A stretch of 64,000 nucleotides of DNA from positions 49,786,001-49,850,000 of the forward strand of contig OZ076417.1 of the NCBI GenBank assembly GCA_964187785.1. Direction: 5' to 3'. Each line of letters opens with the position of its first letter. Position 1 is the first letter of the stretch. Source of the DNA: Amphiscolops sp. MND2022 (taxonomy: Eukaryota). The notes under the pieces were generated by a model. The model saw only the letters and a list, made by a program, of their open reading frames with translations. It had not been told where the DNA came from and did not search any database. Below are positions 50,669 through 63,365 of the stretch, in pieces. Position numbers and translations under genes: made by a program.

Positions 50669-52279
50669 TCAAAAGTATTCTATGCCACCCATTTTATTAA
50701 CTCTTTTTGCGTTTTTGATTCTATTGGATCTACGGATCCCTTTTTCCCCCTCTACGATTTTTGGCTTGTTCTCCCCGACCTCTATATTATTCTTTATATA
50801 CTTTATTCTCAAAGTTTGTGCTGTTTGACGGTTCAATTTTGTTTCGCGGTGAGAAAGTTTGAATTGAGTCTCTGTTGTTGGTTTGTTCACGTGTTTGTTT
50901 TGTGCGTTGTGATTGGTTAGATTTTGATGCCGATGACTGTCGTTGGATGTGTTGCGTAATACTACCGTTCGTGCGATTGAACTCGAATAAGCCATATATC
51001 TGGTTTATTTCGAATTCCTCTTCGGCTTCTTTTTCTTCGTTCTCGCATGGTGTTTCCGCTTGGCGTTCAGTGAGTATCGGGTGTCGGCTTAGATAATCCG
51101 TTAATGGAATATTCTTGCCTGCGGTGTATTGCACATTCACATCGAAATGGCTTAGACGGTCTAACCACCGTGTGAGTCTTGCACTATATTGTTTATGGGC
51201 TCGATTGCGCTTTAATAAAGGTTGTAACGCTTGATGGTCGGTCAGGAGGTTTACTTTTTTTCCGTATACGTAATACCTGAAATATTCGAGTCCCCATAAG
51301 AGGCCTAATAATTCCAGTTCGTTTATGGCGTATTTTCTTTCACAATCAGTGAGAAATCTGCTGGCAAAGGCTATTGGCCTGAAGTTTTCATCCTCTTTTT
51401 GCCATAGGGTTGCCCCTAGTCCGGTATTACATGCGTCGGTTGTTATAAAATTATCTTTTTTTTTGGATCAAAGTGTGCTAAGCATGGTGCTTCCGTTATT
51501 TCCTTTTTTAATTGTTCAAAATCGTCATTTATTTCTTTTGTCCATTCCCATTTTGTGTCTTTTTTCAGTAGTCTTCTCATTCTGTCTGTTTTTTTGGATA
51601 GATTGTTCAAAAATTTTGATAAGTGTTGTATCGAGCCCAGAAATGATTTAGGTTCCTTGGTGTTTGTGGGAGCTTTCAATTTCGTTATCGCTTCTGTTTC
51701 ATCTTTAATTGGTTTTACTCCGTTTTGGTTTATTTCGTATCCCAACCAGGTTAGTTCTTTTTTAAACAGTTCTGTTTTTTTCTCGCTCGCTCGGTAACCG
51801 TTTTCTTGTAGTTTTGACAGTATTTCACGTAATTCTTCTTCGTGTTCTTCTATTGTTCCGTTGGTGACACAAATGATGTCATCTAGCCAGACTGGTGTTT
51901 TGAATTCTAGGACTTTATCGATATGTTCTTGAAACACGGTGGGAATATCCGATAGTCCGTAGAATCCCTTTTTAAATCGGTAAAGTCCGGTAAAATCACC
52001 GCCGATAATTGAAAACACCCAGTGTCGTGACGCTTCTGGAGATAGTTTTGCCTGTCCATATGCGTAGTCTAGGTCGATTTTGGACATCCATATCTCGCCG
52101 TTGTTTTTTGTGATTTTTGCGGATATTTTGCTGATTAGTTCCTTCATGTTTGGCATTGTTGCCTTTCTTTTTATGCAGGATTCGTTTAGTTTCCTTGAGT
52201 CCAGTGCGATTTTTACTGATTTATCTTTTTTGATCGTTATAACCGCGGGTGAAACGAAACAATTTTCGGTCGTTTTGTC
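50669..52279 (-). pseudogene. pol: Ty3/Gypsy pol fragment, unit 3, integrase deleted
   Basis: RT ORF 51443-52360 and RNase H are present. About 2180 bp, equivalent to 43262-45441, is replaced by a 9-nt filler at 50790-50798. Confidence 0.9.
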
Positions 52280-54593
52280 AAGATATGCGTTCAGTTTCCC
52301 GAAATTGTCTTCATTGTAAAGATAAAAACTGAATAAAAGGGAAAAACGAAAATGTTTCACGTTTTTTTATTCGCAAAAACTACGAAACAAAATTTGAAAC
52401 GGAAAGCAAAACATGCCAGCAAGACACATTTCAACTCACTGAAAGCCGAACAAGATCTGTGTTTTTTATCAAGCACGGAAGCCATAAAAAGTTGCAACCC
52501 CAAAAAAAGGTCAAAAGGGAACGTTTTGCTGCGCTGTCCAGAAGTTATTGAAAAAAGGAGATATTTTATTGAGAACTAATTGAGAAGTCCTTTGAACTAA
52601 CTTATGCGACACCGCTTTTCATCATCAAAATCCCCAGTCTCCTTTAGAAATAGTAATCAAGATCGGTAATCGGAAAACGCTTTACATTTTTAATGCATCT
52701 CAACAGCCGTTTTTGATTTTTAAAAGCAGAAATTTTTAAATGTAAATCGATTGCCATGATACACTGACTTCAAAAACAACCCGAGAATTGATGCAAATTT
52801 TGATTACATCCGCGAAAAGTGCATCCATTTTGTCAAATTGAAGAACAAATAGAATTTTTTCCCGACGATTTATTGATCTAATGCACCCAATGATTTCTTG
52901 AACTAATGCATGTTTTTGAAGCAACGCTGCTACAAAGGTAACGCAATTAATGGCGGAGGTTACGTAAAAATTAAAAGCTGTGTTTGAAAATGGTTACGTA
53001 ATTGCTAATGTGTGCACTTGAAAGTGTCGTGGGCTTGTTTGTTACTAAAAGTGACATCTAAACCCATGCGATTTGGCGCGTGAATGAATTTTGTTAGGTA
53101 TCCTGAGTGCTGTCGATGGCTGGACCGGTTGGTAACTGGTATTAGGCAGGTACCGTGCTCTTTTGTCAAGTGAAGGATGGTATGAGTTGGTAAGTTGTCG
53201 TGAAGTAGAATCCAAAGAACCTCTAACGGTTAATAGGGCATATAGCTTACATATGACCGCATTTTGGACACTCAATTCAACATTTATACCATCCTTTGAC
53301 TTCATAATAGTGCCAACCAAAAAGCAACGGGACAAAGAATGTAATTGCGACATCTAATTCAGCGCCACATTCAAGATATTTCCTTATTAGGACACGCATA
53401 CCCCCTCCCTCCCAAAAATAAAAAATTTCCCCCGGGGCAAGCTGGAAAGTGCTCAAGTAATCATGCACTTTATTCTCAAGGATATAAGATACCAAAAGAA
53501 GAAAGAGGGAGAATTGCCACTAAGGATAGATAAGTTCAATACTGTAACTTTTTGGGCGTAAATATAGTTATAGCAACATGAACAATTCTACATGTTTCTA
53601 TTTCGAAATTCGCTTTACAAGGCATAGAAAGAAAAAAGCCATTGTACAAAGGAATTAAGAACATGTGGTTACCAAATTAGCTTTCGACTATTTTAAATTT
53701 GTTGTCTACAGCTATTTACAAACTATATTAAAAGATTAGGATTGATCTTAATATCGGTTATATTCGTTAGTACAAGATGAAATATACCGTAACTCCTTAC
53801 CTCCTCTAACTCAGAACTAGCTTGGCGATTCGTAACACGGTGCATAAAAAGATTGAAGAGATTACTTTAACTCAACCAAAAATCACAAAATCGTTTTTTA
53901 AACAAGCCGGAAACGGCATAAGTCAGGGCCATATGTCTAAGACTCAAAAATAGCAAAAGGACTTCAAAGTGTCAAGTATTGTCTTCTAGAGTACCCGAAA
54001 AACCCAATAGTTGCACCGAATTGGGGCACCGGGCGCGCTAGTGCGGGCCGTTGGCGCGCTAACAAGGGGGACCCTTTCGGATTTTTTAACACCCATTCTG
54101 TTGCAAAATACTTTCAATTTTTTCAATACAAAAAATTTTCCATAAAAGTCTCACAATGCCGAAAAAATTGAAAGGGGGACCTTTTAGTCTCGCACGGTAA
54201 TGTATGTTATGTAAAAAGGGAACAACCTCTTCGGTTCAGTTCCCCAGGCCAAATGGTTCAACTTGACACCTTAAAATTTCGTAGAATTTTGTAGAACTAT
54301 TTTGGTAGATTTGAGTGGATTGAAAAAAAGAGTCACTAGTTTGGTCGCGTTTCACTTCATGAAGCGCCGAATAATAAAAAGGCAAAAAGAAACAAAAATT
54401 GACAAACAAGAAAACAAGAAGTGAAAAGCGGAAAAGATCTAACGGAATAAGATCTAAAACAATCACAAGTCTCAAATTGACATGGATGGGGCGTTCTCCG
54501 CCAATCACAAAGTGTTACATCTTATTCCATTAGATCTTATTCCGTCCTCTCAAAAAGAAGTACAGTCATTATTGCAGGACATCCGTATAGCTA

Positions 54594-56750
54594 CAGTGCA
54601 GCTCGATAAATTCGCGCTCGGATATTACGTAACCTGGTTTATTACGTAATGAAAACCGATCTCGCGTACTGTGAAAGCTCTGTTAATTCGCTCTCGCTTG
54701 AATCGCATCTTCGTGTATTATGTAACAATTTTCCGTGTCCTATCAACTAACTATTTAGCGGTAATCGTAACTTGTACTCCGCATTCTTTAAACAACACTA
54801 TAAACAGTGGAGCGGTGACTATTCAAATCGTAGAATATTCAAACCGTCGAAAAAATCAAAGCTATTCAAAGCGTCGAAAGAATTCCATAGCAGCGATTAT
54901 TTCCAGGATATAATTTGAAGAGGTTAGCATTATTGTTGTATGGCTCGGTCGCTTCGCTCCCTTCGCCAAGTAGCAACATTGAGGCATGGCCACATGGCAC
55001 GTCGCTCCGCTTCGCTTCGCTCCTGCATTTAGGGCACTAGGGGTATGTGAACATAGCTGACTACGTTATCGTAATTTTGAATGCTCGAATTTGATTGGCC
55101 GAAATCAATTCATTCCATTACGTCATACCATGCTCGCTACATTAATACGTGTTCGACGCTTTGAATATTCTACGATTTGAACTGTCCCCCAGTGGAGCAA
55201 TACGTGTGAATAATATCAAATGTGTGTTTTAATATCAAATACCAGATTTGTAACAGGTTTTAAACACATCAGAAATTCATTTGCTTTACTACCAATTACG
55301 AATCAACCAAACAAACGGTCTCACGTGGATTAAACGTTGACGCAAAAAATTGATGTTATTCTGTACTTCGAGAAACATCCTGCTGAGAAAAAAAGAGAGA
55401 GCGCGAAACATTTTCATATACTGGAAACAACTCTCAATGTCTGGTAAAAAACAAAGCAAAGTTGAAAGAACAATTTTCTCCGATGAGCAAAACTCAAATT
55501 ATAGACACCATTCAACCACAAAGTTCAGCTGCATTGATGCACCTTCAATGAGAAGGTTTCTTTGAGCGATATCGACAAGAATTGCGATAGATGGTGGAAC
55601 ACTGAGACTGAAACCAGATGATCGTTCGTCACTCTTCGATTCATCGGAACCCGAACTAACAAAAGGATGGAAGGATCGACGGATGAAACGTAATATATCG
55701 AACAAGACGCCCGCTAAGCACCGGGATATTTTCCGCGACATGCTTATTGCAAGAAAAGTATGGCGAAGGAGAGGTTCGAACCCACGACCTACTGGCTGGG
55801 AAACAAAAAAATTCGAGCATCAGCCCGGGTTCAAGCCCAGGACCTACAACCTCACCGAGCCACCATAATTGAAGTAACTTAGTGCATAAATTGATTGGAG
55901 ATAAAGTGGAGTTTTGGCGGAATTAGTGAAAAAAACCATCACAGATCATGATTTTCCTCCCCCATTTATGTGGGCGGAAAATAACAAACGAGAGTAGGCG
56001 ATGAAGGAGAAAGCGTGTCATCTGGAATTGTTCTCGATTGGAAAGAACACCAGATAGCAATTCGGGTATGTTCAACGGCGATGAAACAGGCTTGTTTTGG
56101 AAGCTTCAACCGCACCGTACATTGCAAGTTAAGGATGAAAAGTGTCACGGAGGTATCGAATCCACAGAGCGAATGACAGTAGTACTGGGTGTATGTGCTG
56201 CAGGTGAGAAGCTATATCCCTTTGTCATTGGCTAGTGCCAAAATCCTGTTGTTTCAAAAACAAAATTTTGCGTGATAACCTCACTTACAGCTGGAATAAA
56301 AAAGCATGGATGACGAAAGATCTTTTTCTAAAAATCCAGAGAAACTTCGAACCTGCGAACAAAGCAAGAAACGGTCACGTGCTTTGATTATCGACAATTG
56401 CCTGTTGGCATCCAAAGGTAGATGAGCTCTTCAAGACTCAGCTTTTCTTTCTAGACCGAACAGAACATTTTCGACTCAACCGATGGATGCAAGATTTATT
56501 AGTAATTTAAAAATTTTTGATCGGACGTTCTTTGTAAGAAAAAGGATTGTTACTCTCGAAGCCGGTAACGATTTTTCACTTGATGTCTTCCAAGCATGGG
56601 CGACGTGCATTGGCATCCGTATATCGTGAGTAAATAGGTATTGACATCAATTTTTTGACAACAGATAGCCTATAAGAACCGCAAGAGCCCGAAATCGTCG
56701 TCGGGAAACTAAATTATGTCGACGCTGTTAAAGCAGTTGCAGGTTTTGGG
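54594..56750 (+). pseudogene. pogo/Tigger DDE transposase remnant, not interrupted by the LTR (unit 4)
   Basis: MFNGDETGLFWKLQPHRTLQVKDEKCHGGIESTERMTVVLGVCAAGEKLYPFVIG, then YSWNKKAWMTKDLF, LIIDNC and TQPMDARFISNLK. These are the three catalytic-Asp motifs of pogo/CENP-B-like transposases, with stops and frameshifts. Confidence 0.85.
54814..55189. mobile_element. Mutator-type MITE, present only in unit 4
   Basis: About 38-bp TIR GG(T/G)GAC..TTCAAATCGTAGAATATTCAAA(C/G)CGTCGAA. Perfect 9-bp TSD cagtggagc, which is single-copy in units 1-3. Confidence 0.9.
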
Positions 56751-58686
56751 AGACTTTTTCTGTGATTCGGGAGAAGCCGAGAAAATGATTGAAAGGATCC
56801 AAGAACTGCTACTCAAGAACAAGCCGAAACATTGGCAAGCTTCACTTGAAACTTGTTTCTAATCTACTGGTTGAATTTCAAGTCTCACGTAACTCGTAGA
56901 AGAAAAATCAGAAATAGAAAGTATGTTTCATCGAACAAGTGCAAAAAAGGAAGTTAGCCCGACAAGAACAAAATGGTTTGGACACGAAGAAGAGAACATG
57001 GAACAAAACCGAACAACGAAATTAACAAGAGCATAATTGAACTAAAAGCCCAAAGAATCTCAAAAACCATTTGGTGCAACCAAAAGAAATCTGGTAAAAC
57101 TCCATCCCAAGTTACTCTAAATAAATGAATGCCGTTGAGGCTTTCATTGAAAAAAGTGAAAGGAAATGGAAAAAGATAACAAGTTTGTAAAAACTGAACC
57201 AGTGCTAACAAAACAATTTAGATATTTTCGAGGCAATAACGGCAGATGGACGTACCAATTATCAGCATTTCTGTTCATGACTTTGCACAAGCAAATTCAT
57301 CACATTTCAACAAAAATAAATCATAAAACTTGGTCTGTCTTAGTTTTATCTGAACTTTCATTGCGCAATTAGGTTTCCAAATAGTGAGTTATCGCCACCT
57401 TTTGAAGTCTAACTTCGGCAGGACGACCCCCAAAGCGTCAAAATTGATTACATAGAGTTCAACCAACATTTTCTGTCACTTTCTTTTCTGCGAAGTTGAA
57501 AAAAAAATCAGGAACTAGAAATTCAGTCTTAAGGAAAAAAACTTAATTTTACTTTTTAAAGCAAAAGTACAGTCTCTACAAAAATGCTTTAGACTGGCGA
57601 AACTGTTCAAATAAAAGCTTTAAAATGATTTTTTTTTCGGAAAATTTTAAAACTCGAATCAATAAAAGGAATAATATGACACAAATCATGTAGAAACGCT
57701 TTTAAAATATGACAACAATTTCCCTAAGCTTTACAGACAAAAAATGGTAGCATTTCCATGTGAATTTTCAGGTGAACTTTTTTCAAGACTGATAAAAATG
57801 AAAATTCAGTCGAAAATCTTGCAACTGCAGCGATGATTGCAAACTCCAGTTACAGTTACTACCCCTTATATCTGAACCATCGATAACAGTTGACTTAGCC
57901 TGCATTCACCTCATTTTGCTTTCGAGATAAACTCTGGAAACGCGGGGGTGATAATACTGAAAATAATTTGCATTTGGGTCGAAAGTTGCAGTGATTTTGG
58001 AACTTTGCGAAGGGATGTTCCCAAATTTATTTCCACTTCCATTAACGATATTTGTTCACATTTGTTCACAATTGTTTTATGTCAGCAGACTGTTGTTAAT
58101 TTTGTTACAAGCTATTTTCCTTTTTTGGGTGGGGCCCCTACAAAAAACTGCTACGTCTTTCCCTCGATATTTCCATGTAATCTTTGGACCCTATTTATAG
58201 GGGTCTGCGTTAGAACTAGCGTGAATAAAAACTCCAATTTCATCAAAAAAATTATCCCCTGTGAAGTTGAAGGATTCAAAAGCGACCTTAGGTAGGAAAA
58301 AAGGGAGCGGCTCAATTATCTGACACTTCCAGGAAAATTGAGGCTTAAGATGTCAGGAAAACGGACCGACACAAAAAACATGGACGATTGGTAGTTGAGA
58401 AAAATTGTAGTTGCTATACCCACTGTTACCACAGGGTAAGAGCTAAGAACACAGAACAATTACTGGGGATACGTTCTGGTATTTTCATTTAAATTTCAAT
58501 AAGTGAGAAAGAAAGATGGTAAAATTCTTAGTTCTCCATGAACAAATTACAGTAAGTTGACAAAAACAATGATGGCCACAATAATTCACATTTTCAGCAT
58601 TTATTTGAAGACGTGACTGTATTATCATAATTTCTCGCGTTTTAGATAAATGACTTTCATATGGTTCTGTGTGGTTTCAAACAGGT

Positions 58687-59337
58687 CACGGCCCCTAGAA
58701 AGTTGCGGAAATATAATTAAACAAATCGCGGGAACAGTTGCGGGATCTTTTCTGTTAATTCCCCCCCCTTACAGTAAGCGCATAAATTTTAATCCCCACC
58801 ACTATCAGCGATGAGTTTCAGTTGCAGTTAGAGTTATAAAATACTGCAATGTGATTGGTTGTTACTATTAATTCAGTGATAATTTCACTTGACCGCTTAA
58901 CTGGGGGGGAATTAAATTGGTGGGGGGGAATTAACAGAAAAGATCACAGTTGCGTTTAAAATGTATTGAAATCGCGGGGAAAAGCGCGAAAAATTTTAAA
59001 TTACAAATGATCAAATTTTACAAATTAAAGTATAAAAACAAAAGCCTCGGTTTCGCTTTTTAAGGATCGACGGTCATCTGTGAGAATTTTGTTATGGTAC
59101 GAAAACAGGACGTCGAAAAAAAATGCATATTGCTTTGCAATGGAATATAAACCCGGAATATCTTTATTGGCCTCCCAAAATTTGGCATGTTTTGAGTAAA
59201 CAAAATTCAATTTCGGTGTTTTGCTCTGATTTTAACGAAAAGCGCGGGAAAAGTTGCAAGAATGCGCGGAATTTCAAAATGATTGAAATGCGCGGGAAAT
59301 CGCGGTAAGTTGCAGCCGCAACTTTCTCGGGGCCGTG
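58687..59337. mobile_element. Non-autonomous DNA transposon with CACGGCCCC termini
   Basis: 22-bp TIR CACGGCCCC(T/G)AGAAAGTTGCGG, flanked by the direct repeat acaggt. Confidence 0.8.
58743..58945. mobile_element. Nested Mutator-type MITE
   Basis: 24-bp TIR GATCTTTTCTGTTAATTCCCCCCC and a 9-bp TSD acagttgcg. Confidence 0.8.
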
Positions 59338-59539
59338 ACAGGTAGGTTATGCACGGTTTGACATCGCTAATCGCTAAAACGCTTTTTTCAAAATCGCTAA
59401 ACCGCTGGAAAAAATTGTGTTTTACAATATTGCAATTCTATCCCCATATATGATGCGTTTCAAACTCCGTCGAAACTGTGAGGAAACAAACTTTAAATAC
59501 TCGCATGGTGCTAAGAATTGTATTCGCTGAACTACTACT

Positions 59540-59716
59540 ACCAGAATTTTGACCATGCTACTCAACGATTGAGCCAATTAGCGTCGACGGCGGAATTTTC
59601 CAGCTAACTCATCAGCTGTTCAAATTAGTAATTTGAACAGCTGATGAGTTAGCTGGAAAATTCCGCCGTCGACGCTAATTGGCTCAATCGTTGATTAGCA
59701 TGGTCAAAATTCTGGT
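59540..59716. repeat. 177-bp palindrome
   Basis: 88-bp arms, a 1-nt centre at 59628, and one mismatch (gctactcaacg vs gctaatcaacg). Confidence 0.95.
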
Positions 59717-62700
59717 GTTATGCCTTCAAGGATGGTATGACAGGAAGACGCGCGGACCGCATGGTTACCTTTCATGCATTCATGCTCTATGGCTCACCAT
59801 ACATGTGCCATGAAGGGAAGCACAGAATATCCATGAGTCGCCCACCGATGGTTATCCGTGGAACGAACTCTTCGGGTATGCATTATGGAATTTCATTACC
59901 CAAGATTATCAATGAATAGATCCGAAAAGCAAAAATAATTCAAAATAATTCAGGATTATCTATGGAGCCACCGCAGATGTGTAAAAATACCCCGTATATT
60001 GAATGATACTCCTTGGCAGATAGTTTTTTTTAGTGATTTTTGTATTTTTTCACAAAAAAATTTAAATCTTTCAATAAAATCAACCCCTGTCTTGTTTATC
60101 AGTAAGAATGAACGTCACGTGATTTTACTGATTTTACATGTTGCAAACTTTCCGATAGATCACTTCAAATGTGCTATAATTGAAAAACTTGAAACGTCCA
60201 AAAAATTTGAAAATTAATATTGTAAATATAAGAACATAAAATGGTTAGGTCCCAACTTGTTTTATTCTAACATGCAATATTGCGTAAAATCTAACGGTTC
60301 TTCACTTTGATAAAGTTCACAGGCGACTGAATTACTTTCGGGTTGGTTGAACTTCAGACTGAATTAGCAGGTAACTTTGTTGGTAAGTTAAATGGAGTTG
60401 GATTTTTACGAATCTGCTCAATTTAATTTTTATTTGAAAAGTGTATCCGACTTGTAAACATGACCATTATTAAGTTAGTAAAACACTGTTAATTTATTCA
60501 TGAATGATCACGGCGTCAACTTCAGCGCCGACTAGCGGCCAAATACCGTATCTCTAACTGGGTTCCGAAAAACCTGAGCTGACCGGTTCCAGAAATATTC
60601 CAGAAAACGCTGGATCCTGGTAATAATTCCACGCATACACCTTGACTTAACCATAATTTATGATTACTTTGGTCGCAAATGCTTGTACTAACTCATTTTA
60701 TAACTTATCATACCTTTTAACTTTTCTTTAACTTGCTTAACGTCCTTTTGCTGCAAGTTGGACAAGCGGTAATTGAGACTATACGGCATGTCAGGTTTAA
60801 TTGTGTTAGGAAATCTTGAGTTGGTTTAAAGATACAACTGTTTCCAGACCTTAGTGTTTTCAAGCAGTGTTGACTAATAAAAAGCCAAATGACAAAAACA
60901 CAGACTTTGCCAAACACGAAAAAGAGTATTTCGAATTACAAGAGAACGCTTCGCAAACAGGCGTTAACATGTAACACCCGTTATATTTACATACAACCTG
61001 TCAAAACACAGCAGGAAAATTTCCTGAGTTCTGTTTTTTATCTCCTTTTGTTTCCTTTTCGCACAAGTCTTCTAATTATCCACCAGACTTAACACGAATC
61101 CGCGTTAATCCAAAACTTACCAAGCGCCCGCCTTTAAAACTCCGTGAATGCGCGGCTTGTAACACATTAACCTCTCTTGCCTTTGCTTTGTAATCCTTGC
61201 CCAAATTCAATTAATATATTCATAAGTGTATGAACTACAGGTATATTTTTATATGTGAATTCTGCCCCTATATACTTTGACTCTAAGTAGATTTCATTTG
61301 GATGCCAAAATACAAAATCAAACGAATCCTTTATTATTTCGAATTTGACTCCCCTATAAATTTTATGAAATTTAATTACAATCACAGCTTCCTGTTTTTC
61401 AATATAATTCGATTCAAATATGTCAAAACAATCTATTCTTCGCTTTATTCAGCATAGTTCTTTTATCCCATGGTAACACGAGGAACGATGCATGAAATTT
61501 TAGAACTCTTTTGAAATCTCGCCAAGAAGAATTTGACTCCTTTCAAAGAACCCGGAAACAGTTTTTCTTAAGCGTGAACAAGGCATGATTTGGTTAAAAA
61601 AAGCCCCAATTTAGCGGAAATTTCCAACTTTAAACTGTCATGGAATAGTTACGTCATGAGATGACGATTTTCCACTTTAATGTAAATGTTCAAGATAATG
61701 CCAGGAATGATAAGTTTTGCCAGATAAAGTTGGAAAAAAGGACAAAAGACCGGAGGAAATTCGAGATAAACTCTCCGGGAAATTTGCTGGCTGAAAAAAA
61801 GGACTTGAAAACGGGCGTGCCCCAAAATTTTTCCCAAAGAATTAGAGGAAAATGTTCCTCGGTAGTGGTAATTTATAAACATGCAAAAAATACACGATTT
61901 TTACTACTTCTAATTTCAATTTCCTGTATTTTCCGAAGTTTTCAGATTTATGTTTTTGGGGCCGCCTCATATCTGACTCCTTGTTTTCCGTCGCCGATTC
62001 GCCCAAGCAAACCCCCACCCCCTCCCACACACATTAACAAGGGCTTTTTTAGGGGTCACAAAAATTCTAGGAGTCAGAGAAAATACACCCCTTTTTAGGA
62101 ATTGAAAAAAAATTTCGACTACTTATGCACTCGAGCCTTTTTTCTCTCCCGACCTCTCAATGAAAATTTCCAACATTTTCAAAACTGTCCGTGCGATTTT
62201 TGTAAAATTTAGCAAAGTCATTCTACATCCAAGCGTGCTTCTATGTACGCAATGACATCAAAATCGTATGACTGGGATCTGACAAACAGCTAAATTTAGG
62301 CCAAAAATGACCAAATGACAAGAAAATACGCAATTTGTTTTTCAATATTTTAATCCGTTTCTGACTCTTTTACCGCACATGCGGCTCTGGTTAATTTAAG
62401 ATCGAGGTTTCAATTTGACAGGTGCTTCGTTTTTTTTTCAAAAGAAAGATTTTTTAAGGAGAAGTATTATGTTACAGAATTCAACTAGCAAGACATGTTT
62501 CAAAATTATGTAATCAATTATGGCGCTATGCTTTTAGTACGTATTATCAAGTAAGTTCAGCGCAAATGGCCAAAATAGTATCGAGAATTTTCAGAAATCA
62601 ATTGGATATTTTTGAGCCGTTTTAATCAGCTGCAGGTAAAAAAAGATATTTCTAAATAATCAATATAACACCGAGCTTCCACTTTAATCCTCGCTTTTCG

Positions 62701-63082
62701 CTATAATCAAAAAATTCCAATATCTCCTCAAGACGTACTCGAAAATCTTAAAAGAAGAAATATCAATTACTACGATTGATATTAAGTTATTACTATTCCG
62801 TGCGTAGTAGCGCCTTTTCTCTGAAATTTTGTAAGGGTTTTTAAAGTTCATGATTTTCAATTTAGCATATCTAAATAGGATTTTGTCTGCACTTAAAGAA
62901 AGGCAGTCCGAACAAGCCGCTACCTTCTTTTTAAAGCTTTCTTCTTTTTCAAGGAGCCTCTTTTAAGTCTGCGCTTTTAGTAAAGACTAAAATCGCCCGA
63001 CTATTGCAGTTATTTTTCTTTCAGACAGACACGAACGCCACAAAAAAGAATAGGGCTGCCAATGATATGATAGTTGCCCTCA

Positions 63083-63155
63083 CCGGTCAGCTGGCTTAGT
63101 AGTTAGGGCGTTGGATTCCCAAGTAGGAGAACCGAGTTCGAATCTCACTAGTGTC
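63083..63155 (+). pseudogene. tRNA-derived SINE head or tRNA pseudogene (Gly-like loop TTCCCAA)
   Basis: A-box-like TGGCTTAGTAGTTAG and B-box GAGTTCGAATC at tRNA spacing. Stems pair poorly. Confidence 0.4.
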
Positions 63156-63235
63156 CAGTTTTTTGCACCAAATTTTCGCACTGTTCTCGGCTGATAAACG
63201 TGATGCATTTTGATATTGTGGATCTAAGCATGCTA

Positions 63236-63365
63236 AGAAAATGCACCTATGAAATAAGAACTTTAAAGAATTCTTCACGTTCTGGTCTCAATAAGAGCTG
63301 CAGCTCTTATTGAGACCAGAACGTGAAGAATTCTTTAAAGTTCTTATTTCATAGGTGCATTTTCT
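63236..63365. repeat. 130-bp perfect palindrome without spacer
   Basis: 65-bp arms centred on ataagagctg|cagctcttat. No mismatches seen. Confidence 0.95.

Larger units (their letters stand above)
30664..56072. repeat. Tandem array: 4 copies of a ~3.4-kb host block alternating with 3 truncated Ty3/Gypsy fragments
   Basis: Unit starts at 30664, 39390, 46924 and 52282. The basic period is 7534 bp. Unit 1 is longer by a 1.2-kb insertion, unit 3 is shorter by a 2.2-kb deletion, and unit 4 has no retroelement. Confidence 0.95.

Noticed and set aside
52280-52360. Host-derived N-terminus fused in frame to RT (MKHFRFSLLF...)
   Set aside because: The ORF-track start is GTG, not ATG. A 27-codon open stretch across the junction is expected by chance.
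59641-59665. Hammerhead ribozyme core (CTGATGA...GAAA)
   Set aside because: Stem II cannot form and lacks the G-C closing pair. The motif is simply part of the palindrome arm.
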